Assembly: GCA_013239625.1 (NCBI GenBank) | Contig: MU053216.1 | Location: forward strand, 622,001 to 686,000 | Source of the DNA: Lama guanicoe | Lineage: Eukaryota | DNA length: 64,000 nucleotides | Direction: 5' to 3' | Shown: positions 50,961-63,200 of the stretch, piece by piece | Layout of the letters: each line of letters begins with the position of its first letter | Position numbering within the stretch: position 1 is the first letter of the stretch | The notes under the pieces: model-generated | Told to the model about the DNA's origin: nothing | Seen by the model: only the letters and a program-made list of their open reading frames with translations | Databases searched by the model: none | Position numbers and translations under genes: made by a program

Positions 50961-51128
50961 CTGCAGGGTTATAGACAGGGGGCCCTGCCGGGTAGAGTGG
51001 ATACTGGGGCGCAGGACCACTAGGTGGGTACATGAAGCCAGGCTGTGGGGGTGCAGGGCCGGCTTTAGGGTCCTGGGGGTACGGGTACACTGGCTGCACT
51101 GGGATGCCTGTCATTGGAATCTCCTGGC
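50961..51128 (-). CDS. SHISA4: SHISA4 coding exon 4, proline-rich tail (GQEIPMTGIPVQPVYPYPQDPK...VYNPA)
   Basis: tag|GC CAG GAG ... GCA G|gtaagt; 168 nt. Confidence 0.97.
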
Positions 51129-51710
51129 CTAGGTGGGGGAGAAAGACAGGCACTTAGAGCTCTGCCTCTCTAGGAAGCGCCCCCTCCCGCCCAGAGCCCA
51201 AGGTAGGGAGGGTCCAGGCTGGCCACGCTGCCTCTCTCCAGACCTTGCTCCGCAGGGTCCAGCAGGGACCCTGAAGGTGGCCCCGGCGGGTCAGTCTGGG
51301 TTTAGCACTTCGCTCCCCTGAGCCAGAGAGCACAGCCTGGGGAATGTCCTACCTGGGCAAGGAGACGCCAGCTCCAGGGCTGGAATCTTGCAGCCAACCC
51401 CAAGGGGATCCTCCCCAGCCCTTCCCTCCCACATGGTGTCACCGTTCCCACGCCCACCAGCTTTGGGCATGTGTGTGGTCCCACCAACTCAGGCACGCGG
51501 AGCAGCGCCTTCCTGATAAAGGCTGTTACTGCAGACCCTACCCCATGCACTTCCTGGGAGCCATGTGCATGTGCACCATGGCACCACAGTCCAAGGTTCA
51601 TGCTCCCGTCTCTGGGGTTACATGCTGGCATGCATCCTTGAAACCAGTGCCCACCGTGGGGCTCAGCCCAGCCTGTCTCAGGCTCACCACACCCAGCCCC
51701 ACACAGGTAC

Positions 51711-51844
51711 CTTCAAATGGGCTCTGCAGCTGCTGGCGCCGGCGGTACAGGTAGCAGCAGGAACAGAGGAAGCAACAGATGGTGGTGGCAACCACGGCCA
51801 CGAAGAGGATGACGGCTGAGGCGATGCCGGCTATGGTCTTGGGA
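51711..51844 (-). CDS. SHISA4: SHISA4 coding exon 3, transmembrane helix and Cys cluster (PKTIAGIASAVILFVAVVATTICCFLCSCCYLYRRRQQLQSPFE)
   Basis: aag|T CCC AAG ... GAA G|gtacct; 134 nt; lies within ORF 51598..51870(-). Confidence 0.97.
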
Positions 51845-52595
51845 CTTAGAGAAAGAACAGGTTCCCTCACCTTCTGACCTCAAGGAGAGAGGCCTCAGTA
51901 TGGTGACCTGAGAGCTGTGCTTGGACTCCTGGCCGGCAGGGGGCCACAGCGAGCTGAGACTTGGGGTTCCTGGTAAGGTTCTGCCGGACCTTGGAGATTA
52001 GAGAACCTCCATTTCCCGGAATGCTGGGCAGCCTGCTGGCCAGCGAGCGGCATGCCGGGATCCGAAGTGTGTGCCTGGCTTGTACGGCTGAACTGGTCAG
52101 ACTCCCAGCACGTTGGCCCTGACAGGCCCGTGGGAAGTGACCCAGAGCTGTTTTTTGGCTCCCACTTCAGTCAGTCTCCCCGTACCTGCCCATGCCAGTG
52201 GTCCTCTTCAAAAAGAAGTTTGAAAACCACTAATTGTGGCACACCTCAGTTTCACGAAGGGGAAACATGGACCCGCTGGGGGTGTGCCTTCCCCAAGATC
52301 GCACAGCTAGAGAGGAGTGGACCTGGGAATCAGACCCAGTCTGATGCAGCTACACTGCATCTGGGTGCCGACCCGCCACCCCCCCCCTCCGCAAGGCGGG
52401 GCCAACGGGAGGGCCCAGCCCAGCCGGCAGATGACCACATGGCAGTAACTAACGGGCCCTCCGGGAAGTCCCAAGACCCACACTAGCCTCTCGCTTTGTC
52501 CCCAGGCTGGAGTCCTGGGCTTGGGCTAAGAATGTGGAGCGGACAGGGACGGGAGGAGACCTGGGCAGGCCCCTTGGGGGGCAGCCGGAGCCCAC

Positions 52596-52767
52596 CTGAA
52601 GGCCAGGCAGTGCTTCTGCTGCCTCTCCGTGATGAGTAAGGTCAAGTCCCTGCAGCAGTACCGCTGGTAGCAGGTCCCGCAGCAGAAGGTGAAGAACTCG
52701 CAGTTAAAGCCCGGATGCCAAGAGCCATTCCGGTCCAGGTACCACAGGCAGTCCTCGCTGGCCAGCG
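52596..52767 (-). CDS. SHISA4: SHISA4 coding exon 2, Cys-rich Shisa domain (ALASEDCLWYLDRNGSWHPGFNCEFFTFCCGTCYQRYCCRDLTLLITERQQKHCLAF)
   Basis: cag|CG CTG GCC ... TTC AG|gtgggc; 172 nt; Shisa CCGTC..RYCC signature. Confidence 0.97.
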
Positions 52768-53011
52768 CTGCGGGCAGAGGAGAGGGTGCCCAGGGGCCAC
52801 GGCGCCCCGCCTCTGGGCGCCCAGCCCCACTCCCACTCCCCGGCCGCCCGCCCTGGGCCCTGAGCTAGGAGGCCTCTGCCTGGAGCCCCGCCCAGCCCCC
52901 CGGGCCTCCCCTTTCACGGACCCGCAGCTGGGGGCGCCGGCTCCCCCAGGGTCTCCGGGGGCCGCGCGTCGAGGCCGGGCCCTCCCCCTCGGCCGGCGCC
53001 CCCGCCCTTAC

Positions 53012-53084
53012 CCAGGGGCGCCCCCAGCACCAGGAGGGCGATCGCGGCGAGCGGCGCGGCCCCGCGGAGCCTGGTGGGCGGCAT
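53012..53084 (-). CDS. SHISA4: SHISA4 coding exon 1, signal peptide (MPPTRLRGAAPLAAIALLVLGAPL)
   Basis: gccATGccg ... CTG G|gtaagg; 73 nt. Confidence 0.95.
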
Positions 53085-53483
53085 GGCGGGGCGCTGGGAG
53101 CGGCCGCGGGGCGCGCAGGAAGACGCGGCCGCCCAGCGCCGCGGGGCCAGCGCGCCCGCCCGGCTCCTCTCCGCCTCCGCGGGGCGGGGCTCGGCCGGTC
53201 TGCGGTGACCCTGCCCCCGCGCGCCGCCCGGGTCCTCCCGCGGGCCCGCCACCGCCCGCGGCCCCGCGCGGGCTCCTCCCGTCCCAGCCGCCGGCACAGT
53301 GGCCGCGGGGCGCAGTGGCCGCGGGGCCTGCCGCGCCTGGGCCCGCCCCTCGCCTCGGCCCAATCAGTGTCCGGGACCCCAGAAGCCCCGAGCCTGGTGC
53401 CATCTCCGAGTGCCCAGGCACACGGGCCAGCCCTGACCTTCCCTGTGCCGGACCTCCTCTGCCCAGCGTCCAGCCCAGGACGT

Positions 53484-53484
<1 letters not shown>

Positions 53485-53514
<30 letters not shown>
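53485..53514. repeat. (CGG)10 trinucleotide repeat
   Basis: 10 uninterrupted CGG units counted. Confidence 0.95.
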
Positions 53515-54039
53515 GGAGGGAGGAGGCCGGAGCCACCCCGCCCCCACCACGGAACACAGGCGTCCATTGAGAGGCGGCTCAGAGCAGCTTTGTCCTGGGC
53601 CGAGCCCACAGGCCTGGACCCTGCCAGCTGCACTGGCTCCCTGAGCAGCCCCTTCCCCCTCCGAGTGGACAGCGCTGGCACGCGCCAGCCTATGGCCTCC
53701 CCAGTCCGGATGGCAGGCCGCTGGGGCCACCTGGGGCCCATCCAGTCAGACACGCTCGACCGTGAAAACCCCTTTCTTCACAGAGCAGCCCCGCAGAGAG
53801 AGCGCAGGGGCCGGGGAGCACAGGGAAGCCAGAGTTCATTCCAGGCAGACCTGGTTGAGGGCGGGGGAGCCATCAGTGTCCTTACAAGTTTGTTCCCGAC
53901 CAGGAACGTGCAGGGCTCCAGGCTGGTGAGAGAATCCAAGGTCTCCCGTACCCCTCTGGGTGCAGACTCAGGCACTCGGGTGTGTCCCTCGTTTGGGGGT
54001 CCCCACAGTCCCATGAGCTAAACCAGGCTGGCTGGGGTC

Positions 54040-54140
54040 ATCAGTCCATTTTACGGACAGAGAAACTGGGGCTCAGGGAGTTAAAGGACTTGCCCAATGT
54101 AGCAGAGCCAGTAAGTGGCAGAAGCACGCTAACTCCAGGT
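54040..54140 (+). mobile_element. MIR SINE fragment
   Basis: ccattttacggacagagaaactggggctcagggagttaaaggacttgcccaa. Confidence 0.75.
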
Positions 54141-54147
54141 GGCTTCG

Positions 54148-55375
54148 CCTACTGAGTGGAGAAGATATTTGTAAATGACATATCTAATAAGGGTTAATAC
54201 TCAAAATATACAAAGAACTCGTACACCTCAATGTCAAAGCAAAACAACAAGGACAAAAACCCCACGACTGAAGCGGCAGAGGCCCTGATGGACACGTCTC
54301 CCCAGGAGACGCATGGATGGCTGCCCCACGCGCGGAAGGACGCTCAGCATCACTGGTCGTCAGGGAAGCACAAAGGGAATCCACAACTGCCTCACGCCTG
54401 CCAGAAAGACTTTCACCAAACAGAACACAAGTAACAAATGCTGGCGAGGGTGTGGAGCAGAGGGAACCCTCGTACACTGTTGGTGGGAGTGTAAGTTGGT
54501 GCAGCCACTGTGGAAAACAGTATGGAATTCCTCGAGAAGTTGAATATAGAACTACCAAACAGTTCAGCAATCCCACTCCTGGGTATTTGCCAAAAAACAA
54601 AAACACTAACTCGAAAAGACACCTGCACCCTAATGTTCACAGCAGCACTATTTACAACAGCCAAGACGTGGAAGCAACTTAAATGTCTATCAGCAGATGC
54701 CTGGATAAAGAAGACGTGGTGTATATATACAACGGAATACTATTCAGCCATAAAAAAGAATGGAATCTTGCCATTGGCAACAGCAATGGATGGGCCTGGA
54801 GGATATTCCGCTAAGTGAAAAAAATCAGACAGAGAAAGAAATACTGAATGATATCACTTACATGTGGAATCTAAAAAAACAAAACAAATGTACAAGCACA
54901 GCAAAACAGAAGCTGAGTTACAGCTACAGAGAACAGACAGGTGACTACCAGAGGGGAGGGGCTTCCAGGGGGGAAACAGGTGAGCGAGACTAGGAGGTGC
55001 AAACTTCCAGGGACAAAATAAACAAGCCCCGGCTTCGAAATGCACTGTCGGGGTCTAGCCAACGACCGAGCACTAACCTGTGTGTGTGGTGACGGATGTG
55101 ACCAGACGTCTGGTGGCCGTCATTCTGAAATGCACAGAAATATCGAGTCACTGTGTTGTGTAACAGGAGCTGACACAGAGTTGTAGGTCAATTATGCTGC
55201 AAAACAAACACAAACAAATGAACTGACAGAAAGAGAGGCCGGATTTGCGGTATGGAGGCTGTCAGCGGGCACAGACGCCCAGTTCGGAGGTGGATGGCAG
55301 GTCCGCACAGGGCTGCAGCGCGCACAGCAGGAGGGGGACGCTCAGCACTGCTGCACATTCACACATGGACGCTGT
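54148..55375 (+). mobile_element. 5'-truncated LINE-1 (ORF2 C-terminus plus 3'UTR)
   Basis: Degenerate ORF2 C-terminal peptides ([57 protein letters not shown]). Confidence 0.92.
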
Positions 55376-58300
55376 GGAGTGACTGCTCAGTGTTCTTGTC
55401 ACAAGGAGCGATGGCTCCGTCAGCCCGGGGCCCCGTCCCCCAACAGCAGATGGGGGTCTTCCCAGTCCCTGAGGCGAGGCAGCCAGGGCCGCGCGAGAAA
55501 GGCCCTACGTAGTTCAGGGAAGAGTGGCCAAACACAGAGCTGCCCACCCGGGCCCCGTGGATGCGGGCGCCCCACCGCACCAGGAGAGCGGGAGGCAGGA
55601 GGGGGTGGCTGGTGGTCTGCTGGGGGCAAGTGTGCCTCTGTCCTTGTGCAGGGAGGTCGCAGGTGCAGCAGACACTGGAGAGCGTGTCCCTTCCCGCCGC
55701 CTCCTCGCTCCAGACCGACGGCTCGCGTGCAGGGACCAGCAGCCCTGGGCTCACTGCCGTCCCTGCCCTGCGTGCGCTCCGTCGGGGTGGTTGAGGGCCG
55801 CCTCTCTTGCTCTCTTCCTGCCCAGGCTGGCCGCCTGCAGGTGCTCGGACCCCGCCGGGTCTAGCTTGTCTGCAGCGCCCCTCTTCTGGGTCTTTAGTTT
55901 CTCCTTCCTCGGAAGCACCTCAAGTCCCTTCTGTGAAAGCAAAGCGAAGCAAAACGACAGGCTTCTCGGAACTCAGCCCTTTCCAGTTATTTCCCTGCTT
56001 TTCTTCTTTTCCTCCAACTAGCTCTTGTCGCAGCTTACAGCCTGGCTGACACTCCCAGCTCCCTGTGACATCTGGCTGTCACAGCCAGCATCAGTGATTT
56101 TCTAACTGCAACACACTAGGACACTTTTCAGTCCACGGGGTGGGAGGCGGTGAGACGAGGGCAGAGGGTGAGGAAGGGGCTGTGCGCAGGGCAGAGGGGA
56201 GGGACTGGCACTCCTCAGCAGGGGACGCGGGAGCCGGAGGCCAGAGCTGAGCCGACCTTGGCCAGGACAGACCCACGTGCCGCCCAGGGCCACCGGGCTA
56301 GGAGGGAGTGAGGAAGCGGCTTGGGTGGGGAGGCCCGGGGCCCTGGAAGCTGGTTGCACAAATCTTCAGGCCTGGAGGGGCTTCACCCTAGCTGCTGCAG
56401 GCAAAGGCACGCGGGAGCACCCCCTCCTCTGGGCCCGTCTCCTGGCCCTGGCCCTCGGCGAGGGCAGAGGCTCTCCCCCGGGTGCCTGGGGTCTGACGAT
56501 GGTCATACCAACAGCTGACTCCGCAAATGAGTGTCCCCTCGTTCAGATGAGGAAGCTGGAGTTGGAAGAGGTTAGTTTTCCCAGCCCACACGGCTGGGAT
56601 CTGGAACTGGACTTCGGAGATTTCAAAGCCCAGGCCCTTCCGCTCCACCTCCTGCCTGTCCTCGAGCAGGTCCGCACCACTCGGGGTGTGCCCGCACGCA
56701 CACCCACTCCCCCCCAGGAGTCTGGGAGGTGGGGGGAAGGCCTGCAGGGGGGAGGCGGGGAAGCAGGTGGAGGGGAGGGCTGGGACCGGGCCTGTGCCCC
56801 AGTTTGGGCCTGGCCTGGGGCCGCGGGAGGAGTGCTCTGCTGAGTCATCTGCTGCTGGGCCGGGTGACCAGCCCAGGCTTCCCAGACGCCAACCCCTTTC
56901 CCGCTCCTCTTCAGATAGGAGCAGACTGACCTGGGCACCCCCAAGGCCCTCCTTCCCATCTCCGTTCCCGAGGCTCCTGCCCCGCCCCGCTCCCTGGCCC
57001 CATGGTTTGAGCCAGGCCATCCTGAGATCAGAGTAACTCCCTGCCCCTCACTTGCCTGTGGTCAGTCAGGGCTCTCTTCAGAACCCGGGACTAGCCTGCC
57101 CCCCTCCTCCCTGTGGGCCTGTCCACCCAGCTCCTTCAGACAGGTCCTCGCACGGGCCTCTCCTCTGTCTGGTGTAATCTCATTACAGCGAAGGACTGGG
57201 GTCTCCTGGCTCCCACTGCAACACCATAAGCAAACATTTCTCCTCCATTGGAAGTTTTTCCTGGTGTCTAGCTTGAACCTTTCTTGCTGTAAATGGCCCT
57301 CTGAGTGGGAAGGGTGTGGGGAGTGGAGGGGCAGTGGGGATCAGCTCCTGGTCAGGATTTTGATCAATGCCTTTGCAGGGTCACCTCTCCCAGAACGCCA
57401 GGCTTCGGCTTCTTTGCAGAGTCCCAGGACTGTCCGAGCAGAACGTGGGCAGCCAGAGCCCAGGAGAGGGGGTGGAGGGCGGGCGGCCAGGCTGGCTAGG
57501 GTGGCAGCTGTGAACAGCCTGCTCCCGTGGCTGTGGGAGCAGGAGTGGCTCCGGTCCAGCCCAGCAGGCGGGGCCGACGGGGGGGGGGGAGCCAGGTTAT
57601 CTCCCAACCAACCTCACTCAGTATGCAGCCCTGCCCCCCGGGCAGGGTTGGGGCAGACAAGTGCTATTTTGGGACCTGGGGGTAAGAGAGGAGGAGGCTC
57701 TGTTTACAGCTCCCCTCTGCCTGTCCCCGTTCCCTCTCCTGGGAAGGTTTGGGGACATGGGCCTCAGCCTTCCACTGACCTTTTCTACCTGGGGTCTGTT
57801 TTCAGCCTAGCGCTGCGGTAACCCCCTGCACAGGTGGGAACTGGTGGTCTTCCTTGGCGAGACCAGCTTTGTATGGGCAGGTTCAGGCGGTGGGAACTGT
57901 GCTGGACTTGGACCAGACTAACCACAGCCACATGGACACACGAGGCAGCGCTGTGCAGTCAGTCAGTCCGTGCGACAGATGTGACCAGCACACGTTTCTG
58001 CGCACCGGGAGACGAAGGCCTGGATCCTGAAGCAGATGGCCAGCAGAGCCAGGGTGCGTGGCCCATGCTCGGAACCACCAGCCAGGGCAGGAGCCCGGCT
58101 CCACTACTTACTGGCTCTACAGACTTGGAGGAACCGCCTAACTCCTCTGGCCTCAACTTCCTCGCTGGTCAACGGACCAGGGTTCAGTCAAACCCACTGG
58201 AACCCCCAAGTCAGCGGGCAGAGGTGCCCTGGTCCTTCTCTCTCCCTATTCAACGGAAAATGGATTTACTCAAGGTCACAAGGCAGGTCACTGGTAGGAC

Positions 58301-58454
58301 CGGGTGCTCAAGTGAGCGTCCGCCGTGAGGCCAGGGAGCCAGGTGAGGGGCGCAAACACAACACCAGGTGTGCAAGAAACACATTTATTTTCCTTTAATC
58401 AAATTAGGTCAGACCGCGTCTCCATCCTGCCAGCTGGTGGGGAGTTGGCTCTGT

Positions 58455-59134
58455 TGTTACGTAACACAGCAGGACCCTCTGGGCCTTCCTGGGAGACCCC
58501 TCCATGCCCTCCACCTGTCTCTCTGCAGAACTTTAGTCAAAGAATAAATTTAACCAGAGCAGTGAGAAAATACAGAAACAAGGGAAAGCAGTCAAGCAAG
58601 ACAAAACAGTAATCGTTCAGCCATTAAACAAGGTCAAGGACCTTCAGTTCCTCCTCGAGGGCTAGAGATGATATTCCGAGCCGAGGCCTTTGAGCTGTCC
58701 TGCAGACACCTGAAACCCCCACCAGGCAGAAGTTGACCGTGTGCTGACCAGACTGCAGCCATGACAGAAGCTGCCACAATTCCGAGAACTGGCCTCAAGA
58801 AAATGGGAGCCGACCCTGGAGCTGAAGAGTAACTGCACTTAAAACAATCAAGATGCTGCTGACCAGTCACCGCAGGACGGATCTCAAATGCCTGTCAGAG
58901 CGGACCGCGCCCTTCTGCACACAGCCCCTCCCTCCCAGCACCTCTGCACCCCTGAAGCCCCCCTTTAAAAGCTCCTGCCCTGATCGGCAGGGGGAAGCTG
59001 GCTTTTGGACACGTGTCTGGCTTCTTCCTAGGTAGTGGCCTCATGAATAAAAGCAAACTTTCCTTTCCTACCAACACCAGTCTCTTGAGTACTGGCTTCC
59101 TAGTGCAGAGCAGCTGAATCCGAGGTCAGCAACA
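58455..59134 (+). mobile_element. Solo LTR, ERV1-like, about 680 bp
   Basis: Starts TGTTAC and ends GCAACA (imperfect terminal inverted repeat); TATA-like tttaaaa at about 58964; AATAAA at 59046-59051; no clean TSD. Confidence 0.7.
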
Positions 59135-60239
59135 CCACTACGTTTGCTCCGCCTGCCAGGATCAGAAGGCCCCAGGATCTCACACAGCACAAGACGCAGG
59201 GGTGGGCCCTGCAGCCCCGTGCCCACGGGCTCTGCTGATAGAAGCCCCGGGACCCTTGAGGCCCGCACCCTCGGCTCGCTCACACGCCCAGGCAGCCCTG
59301 GTGCCGCGCGTCCAGCCTCCCCAGCGACGCCGCAGGCACATCCTCAGGCAGGTCTCTGCCAGGGGCCGGGCAGGGCCCTCACCACTCACAGGCCCCACCG
59401 ACTTCTGCCCCGTTCTTGTCTTCGGGACCCCTCCCCCTTCCTCTCTCCCTCGTCCTCCAAGACTGTGGGCCTAGTCTCAGTTCACGCCAGCTTTCCACAC
59501 AGGCTCCTGAAGCCAGCTACCCTCGGACAGCTCTGCTTCCCGGGCAAGAGCAACGAAGGCAGGGAAACAAGGAGAGCTCGGCTGCGTCCTCGGAACAAAT
59601 GGAGGGACAAAACCTGGTGAGGACAAACACACTGACCATTCGTAACGTCACGTAGGTGATCGCGTCAAAGCCCTGCTTAGCAGGGGGAAGGCAGGTGCTG
59701 CAGCCACCAACTCTTCTGTCCCCTGCCCCCAGGCAGGGCTGCTGGACCCTCACAGAGGCGGCCTCCCCGAGTCTCACGCAGTCCCCAGTTTAGCAGTGGT
59801 GTCTGTGAAGCTGAACTGAGTCATCAAAGCTGGTGAGTCAGCAAGGCTGTCAAACAGAGCTCTCAGCGACTGGGCGGGGGTCCAGGCCGAGAGTCCCCAC
59901 CCCAGGCTCCTCGGGGAGCCCTTTACTCCCAGCCACAGCCCCGAGGGAGGCATCACTTCCACTTTCCAGCGGAGACCAAGGACCGGGGGCGTCACCAACC
60001 CCAGCCATGACATCATGCCGCAGGGGCTCCCTGGCCCTGCCAATCGGCCTGGGCTCCTCACCGCCTTCCCGCCCGCAGCACACCTGGACAGCTACCGCTC
60101 GAAAGGCCTTGTGTGATCTGTCATTTCAGGAGAACAGTAATGCCACCCCCTTTCCACCTACTCAAAAAAAAAATTGGAACATGAGGTCCTGGGTAGATGG
60201 TTAATGTTGGACATGTACCAACCCATCAGAGAACGGTAA

Positions 60240-63200
60240 ATAATTCACCAATCTCTGAATTTTATTAACAACTTTTTTGGCTGCTTTGTGACTGGACTCC
60301 AGCAAGTGTGGTTAAGGTCTGGTGGGAAGGGGTGTCCCCGCGAGATGCCAAGTCAGCGTCCAGCCCCCGCTGGGCGCCCCCGCCAACAGGCAGGGACTAG
60401 CAGTGCCGTGACGCCCTTCACGGCGGCCGTCCTGTGGGGCCGCTCCTCCCCTCGTCCGGGCGCGCCCAGACTCCCGCTGCTCACCCGCACCGCTGCCGCG
60501 CCCAGACCAGCGTGCACCCCCTCCCCAAGCCGGGGACCCAGTCACCCTTCTGGTCGCATCAGGACTGTCAGAACGCTTTCTAGAACGTAAGCCTCATGTC
60601 ACTTCTCTGCATAAATGCTTGTGAGGTCTCCCGCTCCGGAGAGGACCCTTTACCATCCGGCCCTCCCTTGTGCCTCCAGCTCTTTCTGGCCAAGACCCCT
60701 GTGAGCCAGTACTCTCCCAACACTCCCACCCCACTCTGGAGCTCAGAGCGCAGCTGCACTCCTTCCCGGCCCTCCTCCTCTTTTCTCCGGCAGGTCCCAC
60801 CCCGCCTGACCTCCGGGCAAGGGCACGGGGAGGCAGGGCAGAGGGCTGGTGGACTAGAACCTCTCCTGCCGTGTGACCTCGGGCAGGTTAATACTCAGCA
60901 CCCTCGCACCTCGATGTCATCAACTTGGAAACAAGACAGACACGACCCCCTGCTTTGTAAGGTTATTAGAGCTGACCCTCGACCACCACGGGTCTGAGCT
61001 GCGCGGGTCCACATCCACCTGCACTTTCTCAGTAGTAAATACCACAGGACTGCACCGTCACGGCTGTATCTGCAGACACGGGGGACTGAGCATTATCAGG
61101 GACCGCTCCAACACCCTTCCAAGGGTCAGCTGCAGAAGGCCTAAATGATAACCCAGGTGACACGCAGGACGTCCTAGCCCTGGCGTTTAGCAAGTGCTTC
61201 TGGAATGCCAGCCTGTCTGCCCACCACCTGCACACGCTTACCTCCCCCACCGGCCTCTGCCATCACCACCAACCACTCTGAGCCCAGAACTTACTTCCCA
61301 CACGACACTCCCCACATTTACTGCCCTTCTTCTGATCCCCGAAGGGACTAGCTCCGTGGGGGAGAGGAACAAGGCTCTCCAGCACCCAGCACTGGCCTTG
61401 CTTGTAACAGAGGCTCCACATTTGCTGTAACAGGGCAAAACAGAGTAGCCAGAGACTGGCTTTGTGGTAATCATCCACGCAAAGGCCACAGGCCGCTGGC
61501 TGGGGTGAGAAGTGCGGGCTCCTTCACTGGGCAACTCCCTAACCTTCCAGAGCAGGCTCCTGGTCTTCCTGGTCCTTCGAGCTTCTTTTCTGGACACAAT
61601 TCAGGTCTTCCACCTGGTTTCCTCTTGCAGACGGGCCTCCTCCACCTGGGAGCCCAGGTTGGGCACCAGAACGGAACAGAGCGCTGAGTCCACTGCTGGG
61701 CCCAGGAAGGCCAGATGAGCGTACACGCCGCTCTGGACGGCGTGTCTGCTGCCCCAGCCTCGTCCACGCTGGGGTTTTGTGAAGACACGCAGACAGCTCC
61801 GGCCGCCATCGTGCCCGTTACCGGCGTGCGGGCGCAGGGTGGCTGTTATTCCACTCTCTCTCACAGACGCTCCTGGCAATCTGCGTTTTCAGAGAACTAC
61901 CTCACATAAAGATTCTGCCCATTTTTGCAGCGCACAGGGATATCTGTGCAGGCCCCAAGCGACCACCCTTCCCAGGGCTTTCCTGTTTCTTAAGAGTTGG
62001 ATCAGCACCTCTCCCTCGCCTAGTACGACTCTTGTAAATGGCCTCAAATTCTCCTTTGGAAGAGGCAGGGCCAAAACCCTTCACCAGCCACTCACATCAA
62101 AGGAAGGGCCAGGCTGGGGAGAGCCTTGGGGCACGCCAGACCTGCCCACCACGGGCTCCCGTGCGTCGGACAGCTGGCTACTCACTCCTGCCCTCCTCCT
62201 GCTCCAATTCCCCACATCCAGATCTTATCTGTTCTGCTCATAACATCAGACCCTGAGGCCAGCTCAGCACGACCTGCTCTTCAGTCCTGTCAAGTATCGT
62301 CTATTCAACTCGGTCACTCGCATCCGCCTGAGTCACGGCCGGCTCACTCCTCGCTGGCACCCCGGCCGAGGCAGGCGGCCTCTGCTGGACTTTGGCTCCC
62401 ACCTGCCCTTCAGTTCCCTCCCGAGGAGCTTCCCAGGAAAGCCCTGGTGTCCCAGCTGCCGTCCCCCGGGTCTCAGAACAGCCGCATGTTACCATCATCC
62501 CCCAGCTGTCTTCCCGGGAGCTTCCCCTCCTTCTAACCGAGCGGCTTGCCCTTCCGTGCTGAAGTTAGCTTCCTCTGGCCAAGAAGACAGGACACAAAAG
62601 AGGAGCTAGAGTTCAACTGCCTGTCCCCACAGGGGCCTCCTTTCTGCTCGGACAACGGGCACCACCTCCCAACTCCCTCCCTCGTCAGTGGGATGGGATG
62701 ACGCCCCCACGCATGCACCTGATGTAAAGGCAGATGGGACAGCGAATGTGAAAGCTCTGGAAACATGGGGCCATGCCTGAGCACCACGGGGTCCGAGACC
62801 CTCTGCTCTCAGCCATGGCGTGTCCCGGGGCAGGGCTGGCCCCTAAGGGACGCTAGGACCCTTTCCTTCAGGATTCAAGATCTCGAGGCCCCTGGCCCAG
62901 GGCCGACCTGGAGGCGGGGAGGAGTCGAGGCCCAGAGACGGTCTGGCACCAGACACGACTGCTTCTAACAGGTTGAGGCTGCTGGCATGAGACCGTTCTT
63001 TTGTGCCAAATCAGGGTTGGTTGACTTGACCTCTCGGAACCCAGCTGGCATTGCCTGGAGGTCCGCAACTGTAGAGGGAGCCTCTGGGCACCAGCCAGCC
63101 ATCACTCCCCCAGAATCCGCGGCTCCCCCTGCGCAGGGCAGAGGCAGTGCCGGCCTGGGGACCCAGCCACACTGTGAACACAGGCCCGTAGGCTATTTCC

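Larger units (their letters stand above)
52780..53600. promoter_or_regulatory. SHISA4 CpG-island promoter
   Basis: Dense CpG around exon 1; GC boxes; CCAAT at about 53359-53363. Confidence 0.85.

Noticed and set aside
52715..53730. Long Pro/Gly/Ala/Arg-rich ORFs (309, 240 and 230 aa) over the SHISA4 promoter
   Set aside because: CpG-island artefacts with low stop-codon frequency
54313..54993. L1 ORF2-like peptides as a functional gene
   Set aside because: Frameshifted, 5'-truncated LINE-1 remnant
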